NCBI GenBank assembly: GCA_951406725.2
Contig: OX597827.1
Coordinates: forward strand, 52,266,001-52,330,000
From: Octopus vulgaris
Lineage: Eukaryota
Length of the DNA: 64,000 bases
Reading direction: 5' to 3'
The notes below the pieces were generated by a model that searched no databases, was not told the DNA's origin, and saw only the letters and a program-made list of their open reading frames with translations. Below are positions 33,716-43,940 of the stretch, in pieces (position 1 is the first letter of the stretch; each line of letters begins with the position of its first letter). The translations under genes and the position numbers were made by a program.

Positions 33716-33765
33716 TCTTACAGCTGTTTCTAGGATATTAATTAATAATATCCCTTCATCGGAGA
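33716..33765 (-). ncRNA. Type-I hammerhead ribozyme motif (U4C core)
   Basis: Reverse complement: TCT CCGATGA A GGGATATT-ATTAATT-AATATCCT A GAAA CAGCTG TA AGA. Stem III is palindromic (ACAGCTGT) and the cleavage triplet is GUA. Confidence 0.75.
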
Positions 33766-33841
33766 GGGTGTGAGAGGAAAAATTAAATCACAGTTAGTTT
33801 CGATATGTATATGTATATTTATATGTATATATATATATATA

Positions 33842-33884
<43 letters not shown>

Positions 33885-34041
33885 GTGTATATATATGTAT
33901 ATATATGTGTGTATATATATGTATATATATCTGTGTGTATATATATGTATATATCTGTGTGTATATATATGTATATATATATGTGTATATATATGTATAT
34001 ATATCTGTGTGTATATATATGTATATATATGTATATGTATG

Positions 34042-34072
<31 letters not shown>

Positions 34073-34194
34073 ATCTCTATATATAAAATCTATATATAAA
34101 ATATGAATTAGAGATAAAACCACTACTATGCAACTCAACAGTGATAGACATAAACCAATACATAAATAACAAATAATATATATATATAATTTTA

Positions 34195-35118
34195 AATCTC
34201 TGAGCGAGTTATAAACAGTAGCTACAACACATCGTGACGTATATTTTTCATTTAAATATGGCTAACCCCTAAGGGTGGATGCTACTGTAGTTTGTAGCCC
34301 CAGGAGGACTACTCCTCCAGCTGGCTATAGACATACTTTCTTTGCCCTATCAGTATTTACAAAGGGAAGCCATCCTTCCCATCTTCAACTTATGATACAC
34401 ACAGTCTCGAGTTTCGGGGTATCGACCCGTCATCGGCATGTGACAATCACAGTTGTCGATGAGAAGTAGGTTCCCTTCACAAATACTTAAACCTTTTTCC
34501 AGTATCGATAGACACTGATATCGAAAAAGTGTAAACAAGCAATAATAAATCTCAGAGTGAGTTATAAACAGTAGCTACAACACACCATGACGTATATTTG
34601 CCATTTAAATATGGCTAACCCCTAAGGGTGGATGCTATTGTAGTTTGTAGCCCCAGGAGGACACCTCCTACAGCTGGCTATAGACACACTTTCTGTGGCC
34701 TATCAGTATTTGCAAAGGGAAGCCATCCTTCCCGTTTTCAATATACATCTTCCAATATACGTCACGATGTGTTGTAGCTACTGTTTATAACTCGCTCTGA
34801 GATTTATTATTGCTTGTTTACACTTTTTCGATATCAGTGTCTATCGATACTGGAAAAAGGTTTAAGTATTTGTGAAGGGAATCTACTTCTCATCGACAAC
34901 TGTGATTGTCACACGCCGATGACGGGTCAATACCCAGAAACTCTAGTCCGTGTGTATCATAAGTTGAAGATGAGAAGGATGGCTTCCCTTTGCAAATACT
35001 GATAGGGCACAGAAAGTGTGTCTATAGCCAGCTGGAGGAGGTGTCCTCCTGGGGCTACAAACTACAGTAGCATCCACCCTTAAGGGTTAGCCATATTTAA
35101 ATGGCAAATATACGTCAC
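34195..35118. repeat. About 350-bp unit in tandem (about 1.5 copies) followed by an inverted copy; PLE pLTR-like architecture
   Basis: 34195-34546 is repeated from about 34547 to 34740, with a reverse-complement copy at about 34754-35118. ORFs 34350(-) and 34814(+) are near-identical. Confidence 0.85.
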
Positions 35119-35324
35119 ATATATAATTTTATTTTTTTTAAATGTATAACTTATAACTAGATCTCAAAAAGTATAAAATGAATGATAAATATATAATATA
35201 ATAAGTAAAAATACTACGTATGTTTCATGGCTACAATCAAACTCGAATTACAATTATGTTTAAATTCAATTGAAATAAATTCGAATTAATATATATATAT
35301 ATATATATATATATGTTTATATTT

Positions 35325-36270
35325 ATACATCAAAACCAAGAGGCTACAGGTCAGACACCATATGGCGACACTGATTGGTTTGAGATTGGAAAAGGCGCTC
35401 GGCAAGGTTGCATCCTGTCACCAGCAGCCTTCAACATGTACACTGAAAAGGTCATGAGGAATGCAGGCCTGGAAGATAGCAGCATTGGAGTGAAGACTAG
35501 AGGAAGAAATATTAATAACCTTCGCTATGCAGATGATACAACCCTGCTGGCAGAAAATAATAAGGATCTAGAGAATCTTATCCAGCTAGTCAAGAAAGAG
35601 AGTGAGAAATTTAGGCTGTACCTCAATGTCAACAGCAGCCACAACAAGCATCAGCATCAAGATCGATAATGAACAAATTGAAGTGGTTGAAGATTTCATC
35701 TTCCTTGGCTCCAAAATAAATCGAGATGGTAACTGCACTCCAGAAATAAGGCGGCAGATAGTACTAGGCAGAGAGGTGATGGTCAGCATGAGCAAGGTCT
35801 GGAAGAGTAGAGACATCAGCCTTGCTACCAAATGCAGACTGGTGAGTGCAATCGTCTTCCCAATAGCAACATATGGATGCGAGACCTGGACACTAAAGAA
35901 AGCTGATCAGAAGAGAATTAATGCATTCGAGCTTTGGTGTTGGAGAAGACTTCTATGGATTCCATGGACAGCGAGGCTCACCAATGGAGAGGTTCTTAAC
36001 CGGATCAAGCCGAAACTGTCACTAGAAGCTTGGATCACCAAGCATACATTGGCATATTTTGGTCATATTATGCGGAGAAAACCCCTGGAGAAGGACATCA
36101 TGTTCAGAATAGTCAGTGGCAAGAGAGAAAGAGGCCGACCAAGAACCCGCTGGCTTGACACCATTAAGAGTGACACGGGAATGGCCATAGCCAATCTGAA
36201 AGAGGTGACCCAGGATAGAACTGGCTGGATAACACTGATCCATCGAGTAACCGAGAGTCGACTGAGCGGA
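35325..36270 (+). mobile_element. 5'-truncated RTE (BovB-like) LINE, RT to C-terminus
   Basis: KGARQGCILSPAAFNMY, INNLRYADDTTL, VEDFIFLGSKI, ATYGCETWTL, AFELWCWRRLL, YFGHIMRR and RGRPRTRWLD. Confidence 0.92.
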
Positions 36271-36273
36271 GAT

Positions 36274-36577
36274 ATATCACCGTGACCGACCAGGTTATCA
36301 GATGTTGTTACACATCATTGGTCACAATGCGCTTCGCACTGTTTTAGCCTTCAACTGACGCCACCCTGCTGGCTAAGCGAGCAGGCCAACAGAAGAAAGA
36401 GTGAGAGAAAGTTGTGGCGAAAGAGTACAGCAGGGATTGCCACCACCCCCTGCCGGAGCCTCGTGGGGCTTTAGGTGTTTTCGCTCAACGAACACTCACA
36501 ACACCTGGTCTGGGAATCGAAACCGCGATCCTCCGACCGCGAGTCCGCTGCCCTAACCACTGGGCCATTGCGCCTCC
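36274..36577 (-). mobile_element. Young tRNA-derived SINE (different family)
   Basis: Reverse complement starts GGAGGCGCAATGGCCCAGTGGTTAGGGCAGCGGACTCGCGGTCGGAGGATCGCGGTTTCGATTCCC (A and B boxes), followed by a non-tRNA body. Confidence 0.85.
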
Positions 36578-36750
36578 ATATATATATATGTATGTATATT
36601 TAGGGCTAAAAACCACTAGGTGCATAACCATATGCTAGAAGATCACAAAAGATCTAACTACAAAGAAAGAATGTTCTCCAGAGAAAATTCAGCGAACACC
36701 AGAACATAGACAGGCAAGACATATGAAAATTATATAAAAATCAAGAATTT

Positions 36751-36820
36751 ATCGTATACCGGTTTCGTCTATTACTGAATAAATTACGCTATCCCTCGTC
36801 CGTAGATTCATCAGTATGAT
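36751..36820 (-). ncRNA. Type-I hammerhead ribozyme motif with canonical core
   Basis: Reverse complement: ATCATA CTGATGA ATCTA-(31 nt)-TAGAC GAAA CCGG TA TACGAT; palindromic stem III (ACCGGT). It lies between 35-bp inverted repeats at 36594-36628 and 36859-36893. Confidence 0.8.
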
Positions 36821-37005
36821 CGTGCCAATATCAATATAATTTGCAAAACTAAACACTAGTTATCCACCTTGTGGTTTTTAGCCCTAAATATACACATGTA
36901 TTGAAATTTTTTCTGATTTTTCAGATTTTTTATATGCTAGGCTACTGGTTTTAAATTGATATTAATTAAATTAATATTCAATTTATTTCCCTCATTATTT
37001 AAATA

Positions 37006-37084
<79 letters not shown>

Positions 37085-38197
37085 ATGTGTATTTATATGT
37101 ATATTTATATATGTATATTTATACGTATATTTATATATGTATATTCATATATATGTATGTATATTTATATGCATATATATATGTATATTTATATGTATAT
37201 ATATGTATATATATATATATATATAAATATATATGTATATTTATATGTATATATGTATGTATATTTATATGTATATATGTATGTATATTTATATGTATAT
37301 ATGTATGTATATTTATATGTATATATGTATGTATATTTATATGTATATATGTATGTATATTTATATGTTTATATGTATGTATATTTATATGTATATATAT
37401 ATATATTTATATGCAGTTGAATGAATTATCTTATTATGGATAATTCGGTTAACCGATACCTGGGTAGCAAATTCACGTCAGAAAAACACAGTTGAAGCTA
37501 CATGCCTAGGGCAGAGATTACGTGCTATCGTGTGGGAATTTGTGTGTTTTTTTAAATACAAATAAATGAAAGAATGGAGTTGAATGATGAATTAACAAAA
37601 TTCCTTTATTTTCGACATATGTTTCGAAGGCTGCATATTCCTAATTTCGAAGGAAGACAGAGGAAAAATATCGCCAACAGTACACACGCGGTCTCAATGT
37701 ATATCTATATGAATATGCATTTGTATGTCTGGCTAGCCATGATCTTTCTGCCTTGGCCTGACTGCCGACCGTCAACACCTCTTGTGTCCATCTCCCATGT
37801 TCCTGACTTTAGGTTTTCACTTCATACATGCCAGCTCAATTTGATTCGTTCTCAGTTGAAAAATGCCTGTTGTTATTTCTTGTTGTTTGTTTTCATAATT
37901 GTGTACCATCTTCTCTGGGTTTTTTTGTTTTTGTTTTTTTCTCTTTGTTGCCGTACACATTCACAAAGGGGTCTAATGGTCTTAGCTCAGACTTTTTTGG
38001 GGACAACCAGATCGAACCATCTCAAGTGTAACTGCCTGAAATGGTTGTGACTTCTGGGACTTGACTGATGAAAGAAAGCCAAGAATGATCCTTTTTTTTT
38101 TTTGCCTGTCCTAATTCATCTATCTGTCTGAATGTTTCAATGCCCTCTATTGCATTTTTGTTCCATTTTTATTGTTATATATGTATATATTTATATA

Positions 38198-38255
<58 letters not shown>

Positions 38256-38264
38256 TATATATAT

Positions 38265-39024
38265 GTCGATAGCTGTGTGAAAAAGTGCCACACCCTAGCA
38301 GTTGAGGGAACCTGTGGAAGAGGTAGACCCAGGAACACCTGGGATGAGGTGGTGAAGCATGACCTTCAAACATTGGGCCTCACCGAGGCAATGACTAGTG
38401 ACCGGGACCTCTGGAAATATGCTGTGCTGCAGAAGACTCGACAAGCGCAAGTGTGACCATAACCTTGTGGCCTATGCTAGGGGTGTAACCAGTCCACTTG
38501 TGCGTGCCTTTTCTTCATTGGACACTAAACTCTGCTTGCGAAGACCAGTTGAGGCAAGTGAAATCGAAGTCGAAATCAAATTCGGTGACTGGCATCTGTT
38601 GCTAGTGGAGCGCTAAGAGTACCATACGAGTGAGATCGTTGCCAGAGCAACAAGCTGGCCTCCGTGCCGATAGCATGTTAAGCACACCATTCAAGTGTGA
38701 TCGTTCCCGTGTCGCCTTACCAGCACTTGTGCTGGTGGCATGTGAAATATTCGAGCGAGGTCGTCGCCAGTGCCGCTGGACTGGCTCCTGTGCAGGTGGC
38801 ACATAAAAAGCACCATTTGGGCGTGGCTGTTGCCAGTACCACCAAACTGGCCCTCGTGCCAGTGGCACGTAAAAGCACCCACTACATTCTCAGAGTGTTT
38901 GGCGTTAGGAAGGGCATTCAGCTGTAGAAACTCTGCCAGATCAGATTGGAGTCTGATTCGCCAGACCTCAGTCAAATCGTCCAACCCATGCTAGCATGGA
39001 AAACAGACATTAAATGATGATGAT
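38265..39024 (+). mobile_element. RTE LINE 3' end with tandem structured repeats
   Basis: VEGTCGRGRPRNTWDEVVKHDL..DRDLW; repeated GTGCNGGTGGCAC motifs; (GAT)n tail. Confidence 0.88.
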
Positions 39025-39251
39025 ATTTACAAAGTATGGGGGTTTAGTTCACAGGTGATCTAAATAATTAGGTATGCTAGGTAAGTGCTGTAACAGATTA
39101 TTTGGGCTCCAAGGTTATAGCCAAGATGGTAGTTATGGAGCCATTTTAGATTTCTGATGCTGTGGATATATAATTGTTAAACAGAACATCAAACATTAAG
39201 GAAGGCAAGCATCTCAAGTCATATACAATATTATTACAGGAAGAAATTCAA

Positions 39252-39313
39252 AACCTGACAGCTGTTTCTGGGATATCTCCGAGTATTGGATATTCCTTCA
39301 TCAGAGACAGATT
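39252..39313 (-). ncRNA. Type-I hammerhead ribozyme motif with canonical core
   Basis: Reverse complement: AATCTGTCT CTGATGA A GGAATATC-CAATACTCGGA-GATATCCC A GAAA CAGCTG TC AGGTTT; GUC cleavage triplet. Same family as 33716-33765. Confidence 0.8.
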
Positions 39314-39889
39314 GGGGGGAAAATATGGCAATTGAGAATGATATATATATATAATATGACAACATAGAGGAAGAGAGTAAAAGAATAAAAGATGGAAAGA
39401 GAGAAGAAAAAAGAAGCATGAAAGTTCATAGTTCAACTTTCCGAACTTACAGAAACCAAAGTACGAGTCCTTAGGTGTACTTTCGTCAGAGCACATAGTA
39501 AAACCACTGAGAATGAGGGACCCCTAGATGTTGTCACACCATCTGTTTAGGAGAGGGACACCAATGTAAAACCTGCAGGTTCACATGATTACTGGTCATC
39601 TTGCTTTGGCCTGACACTAGGTAATAACCATGGAGTCTCAGAGGGCAGTACTCATGTTGTACAAGCATTTATCACAATCTAATGACATACATATGTCTCT
39701 TTACAGTGACCCCATTCGTCATCTCGTCTTACAACTTACGTCTATTACCTATGCTTCAAAGTACAGGGATATCAGGAGGAAGGTTTTTGATTTTGAAGGG
39801 TAGAAATATACACTCTCAAGCTGAGTAAACTTGCAGGTTGCTTACTTTCAGTACTGCAGAACTAGTCATCTGATTGGATGAACCTCATA

Positions 39890-40110
39890 ATATTGCTTTC
39901 AAATTTTGGCACAAGGCTAGCAATTTTAAGTGAGTGGTTAAGTTGATTACATTAACCCCATTGTTCAGCTAGAACTTATTTATCGACTCCAAAAGGATGA
40001 AAGGCAAAGTCGACTTTGGATGAATTTGAACTTAGAACGTAAGGACAAATGAAATGCAACTAAGCATTTTACCCGGCATGCTAATGATTCTGTCAGCTCA
40101 CTGCCTTTAT
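39890..40110 (-). mobile_element. Old SINE fragment
   Basis: Reverse complement has a tRNA-like head (AGAATCATTAGCATGCCGGG..TTCTAAGTTCAAATTC) and GTCGACTTTGCCTTTCATCC; similar to 8930-9030 (+). Confidence 0.55.
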
Positions 40111-40440
40111 AGTCCTAATATTGGAGTTGATGGTATCAAGAATATGCTTACAGTATATTACTTTGCTCTTAAAGGGCTTCATCAGCCTGCATTTAAGATC
40201 AGAGAGGAAGTTAGGTTTATAGTCCTTAAGTATGATATAGGGATGGTGTGGCGAGGTGGTGACATGATCCTCTATATTTAGAAAAGTGGCTAGCTCTTTC
40301 ACTTTAGCATTTATACTGTTGTATATAGAAATATTGGTTTTGTTGTATATTTTGGTGATTGTACTTTTAAGTCTTTTGTGTTCTTTTTGGTGATGGAAAA
40401 TGTGTGAGTAAATATACATGAAACATTTTTTAAAATAAAC
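40110..40440 (-). mobile_element. Penelope-like RT N-terminal fragment
   Basis: PYIILKDYKPNFLSDLKCRLMKPFKSK..ILDTINSNIR resembles the PLE 'ITLKDHKxNF..CRLINP' motif. Confidence 0.65.
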
Positions 40441-42099
40441 CCTTAGAAAATCTCCACAAACACACACACACACACACTTTACATTATGTATATGAGTGTT
40501 TTTATTCTACTTAAATTTGAGAGATTATACTTCACAATTTGATAATCTTGTGTTCCAGAGATAGGTTAGCTGTTATTATTGCAGCTGTAAACTTTTGTTC
40601 AGCTGTTTGTGATTATAATAACCTCACCTTTTTTCCTGTCAGGTGAATGAGACTATAACTAAGCCATTTGATTGGCTGTTTTTTTATAATACTCTTACTA
40701 AAGGTGTTTTCTCTTCTGATTTTTGCTGGATTGAATAATATTGGCATAATTGATTTTGTTACCTGTGCAGTTTGATAGCCTGATGATGTGATGAACATTT
40801 GTAATACACATAATTGCACATGTAATCCATAAAATACTCTGCTACAGAAACATGTGGAGCATGGAATGAACTGTCCTTTTCCTTCTTAACTTTATTGTAG
40901 TTACTGCTTGCAGTAAGTAACTTAGGTTACTTCTAGAATTGGAGTTGTGAAGTTCCTGTTTTATATTCAGAATTGTTCCAATTTTGTAACAGAAGAATGG
41001 AATATAGTTATAATCGGTCAATCTATTAATTCATCTTATAGTGTTCCCTTGGAGTATTTTATTAGCTACCTATCTTATGACCACAATCATTATGATTCCT
41101 ACTACCTAATACGTACATACATACAGGCTGTGTCTCAAGTTCATTGTAACAGTGCCCATGTATTTGACTAGGTTTTCTTATTAAACTTATTTTCTTGGTA
41201 ACATGCAAATTCTGAACAGTACTTTGAATATTTTTGAAATTTTCCAATCTGTGTAATATTTATTCTTTAAGATGTTCATGTATTTTAATCATCATCTAAA
41301 TTACATTTTCATTTTCTAGTATTTTCTGTAGCATCAGATATTCTTTGATATCCCAACTGGAATTGGTACTCATATGCAGGATAGTTCATGATAGTAATTT
41401 AAGCTACATTTTATATGGTTATAAGCTTTTCTTTCTTGGTTATCACAATAATAAATTTAGTTGATAAGAACATTAGTAAGTTTGAATGTACATTGTTAAT
41501 TCAATACTTGTTACAAAGAAATTTAGGTTGTCTTCTATGATTGGTACTTCAAATTGAGCTGTCACAGTGCAGAGTGCGAGAAAGCTCTTTAATCTTGCTG
41601 AGGGCAAAACAACCTCTATAACACTCAGCACCATGAAAACAATGTGACCAGTACACTCTGTAAAGTGGTTGGTGTTAAGAAGGGCATCCAGCTGGAGAAA
41701 CCTTGTGAAAACTGAGATACTGGAACAAGACTGGTAGTCTCTCCTGTTAGATCCTGTCAAATCATCCAGCACTCTTTCTCTTCGATTATTTTACTGTAGT
41801 TCTCGCAATTAAATATTTCATAGCTTGTATGCTATATGGTGTAGTTGAAGACTAGATGAAAACATGACACATCTTGTATATCAGTTTGTGGATTGGTCAT
41901 AATAAAGTTACTTAAGCAAAAGTGGCTGAATTACTCAATACAGTCTTTATTCAGTAGTGTTCATTAGGTTCTAGGTAAATTCCACCAGGTAAATTTCACC
42001 AGAGGTAAATTCCACCATGATAAATTCCACCTATAGACAGACTTCCAATATAAGCTGCTTCTACTAATAATCACTGTGGTTAGTTTCTCTAGACTGTGG

Positions 42100-42460
42100 A
42101 TCAATACCTGGTCTTATATACTTTTCCCTCCTGGAAGTATATGCTTCTGCGCTTTTCCACTTTCAGGTACTCTCCCCTATTGTACTCCTCAATCTTCTCC
42201 TTGAGTGCTGTGCTTATAACACTGAGGACTTGGTTGTGATGCCATGTATATCTGTCCAGTGCCAGCCTGCAGTTTGACAGGACATGTCTCATTGTTGCCT
42301 CTCTCTCTGCATTTACATTCATCAGCCGTTTGTATGTTCCACCAGGCTAAGTTGACCGGTGATGGCAAAACGTCGAAGGTGGGCTTGATCAGGAAGGATG
42401 TTCTTGCTTATTCCTAAGCCCAAGTTCTTTCTATGTGATTTTGCAACTGACCACATATTC
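42100..42460 (-). mobile_element. RLE-type (R2/NeSL/HERO-like) LINE C-terminal fragment
   Basis: FLIKPTFDVLPSPVNL..ATMRHVLSNCRLALDRYTWHHNQVL (zinc-knuckle plus RHN-like motif). Confidence 0.65.
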
Positions 42461-42499
42461 TTCCCATTTTAACCACTGTCCCTGTTGACTACACTGCAC

Positions 42500-43190
42500 C
42501 AAATGTACATTTCATCTTTCTTTTTCCCCTTTGAGACCATTTCATCCCAAGTCATTGTAAATGGTATTATTTTAACTTTATATCCATTTATCTGTTTAAT
42601 TTCTTTAGCAAGTGTATTATACTTTTGTATTTTTGTCATTTCGACTTTGTTCAGTTTCTTGTCGATGTTACTCCAATTTTGATTATTATTGTTTCTTTCT
42701 TTTGTGGTCAAATATTGTAAAATCGAGTTTATTGTTTTCTATATTGTTTGGTGTTATTACTGGGCTATCTATTAAAATCTTAACCTTTTCAGTTGTTATC
42801 TTTTCTATTTGCACATTTCTGATTTTCTGGTTTTTTTGATGTTATATTGCTGTAGTAGGTTTGCAACGATTATCTTGGTTGTATCGTTGTCTCTCTCTTT
42901 ATATTTCGTGTGTGCTATTTTTCCACATTGTATTGCCATATGTTCGATATTTCCATTGTGTTTTACAATATCTGCATGTCTTTTTCTTTCCATAATAGTT
43001 GTTTCTGTCTTGTAAATACTGTATGATATTTTTATCTATCATGAAGTATTTGCTTTTAGAAATTTTAATGATTCTCTTTTTGATACTGCTTTCTCATTCA
43101 GGTGTTTAAAGTATTCACTGTGTATTTCTTTGTGTGGTTGTTCCTTTAATTATTTTTCCTTCCTCGTATTTTTTGTATTCATTGACATTA
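42500..43190 (-). mobile_element. Second RLE-type (R4/Dong-like) LINE fragment
   Basis: EHMAIQCGKIAHTKYKERDNDTTKII and ..KIQKYNTLAKEIKQINGYKVKIIPF, resembling HxxxxC..YxxRHD and KxxKY motifs. Confidence 0.55.
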
Positions 43191-43509
43191 TTGATATTAT
43201 TTTTTATGCATTCTTTTTTTTATTTCCATAATATCGTAACTCATATAATATAATAGTAATAATAATGATGATGATAACAATAATGATAATATCATCTATG
43301 GTGAAATTTACCTTGGTGGAATTTACCCCTGGTGAAATTTACCTGGTATAATTTTCCATGGTGGAATTTACCAGTCACTGTTCATTTTATGATTCAAGTC
43401 ACTTTCATTCAAATTTTATTATTTAATTTCAAGTTTCATTCAAATTGATAATACCAGATGATTTTAAAATATTGTTTTCATCTTTCTCTTTTTCTCTCTC
43501 TTAAATTAG

Positions 43510-43940
43510 ATGCTGCTGGCTGCAAAATAAACTATACAACCAGAAGAAATTTGAAAAACTTAGCCACCTCATGGTGAGACAAGAACTTTTTCCTGCTTCT
43601 GTCTTTCTAGATGCTCTTTAAGTAACCTTAACTGATACCAGCAATGATTTTTCTTATCCTGACTTAGTTTTTTTTTTTTTTTTTCCGAAGTAATTGTTGC
43701 TTTTTTTTTTTTTTTGGCAATGACAAAGAAAATCAAAACAAGACAATTAAATATTTGTTTGTTTCATTTTAAAGCTGACTGCTGGATAACTGAAAAGAAG
43801 TTAAAGGACACATACACACACAGAGACTAATTAGGGTTGAGAAAAGTGCTAAAGTACTTTGTATCTGTTTAGAAGTGTCAATAGTTTATTTTGTAAAGCT
43901 AAGGACATCAACCAATATACTATTTTCAGTTTACAATAAA
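43510..43940 (+). promoter_or_regulatory. Probable 5' UTR part of the CPEB exon, with uORFs and U-tracts
   Basis: A polypyrimidine tract at 43474-43501 ends TTAG|43510; alternative AG acceptors lie at 43610, 43690 and 43929. ATGs at 43510, 43571, 43611, 43644 and 43720 each meet an in-frame stop before 43941. Confidence 0.5.

Larger units (their letters stand above)
41966..43380. mobile_element. Foldback-like DNA element with terminal inverted arrays of about 15-bp GGTAAATTCCACC repeats
   Basis: Four repeats at 41974-42032 and 4-5 reverse-complement repeats at 43299-43372. It is flanked by the direct repeat (TG)TTCATT at 41958-41965 and 43379-43386, a probable TSD. Confidence 0.75.

Noticed and set aside
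36505-36577. tRNA gene (also 56930-56999, 50790-50857)
   Set aside because: A and B boxes are present but the acceptor stems are incomplete, and each continues into a SINE body; these are SINE heads.
38620-38885. Repeat-spacer pattern resembling a CRISPR array (also 25184-25338, 33240-33410, 61210-61440)
   Set aside because: Eukaryotic context, no cas genes, the 'spacers' are homologous to each other, and the units sit in RTE 3' UTRs.
43875-43940. ORF-track extension upstream of the ATG (GTG start) including VYNKM, reminiscent of Orb2A MYNKF
   Set aside because: Non-ATG start and only a 3-residue match, so probably coincidence; no matching upstream coding exon was identified.
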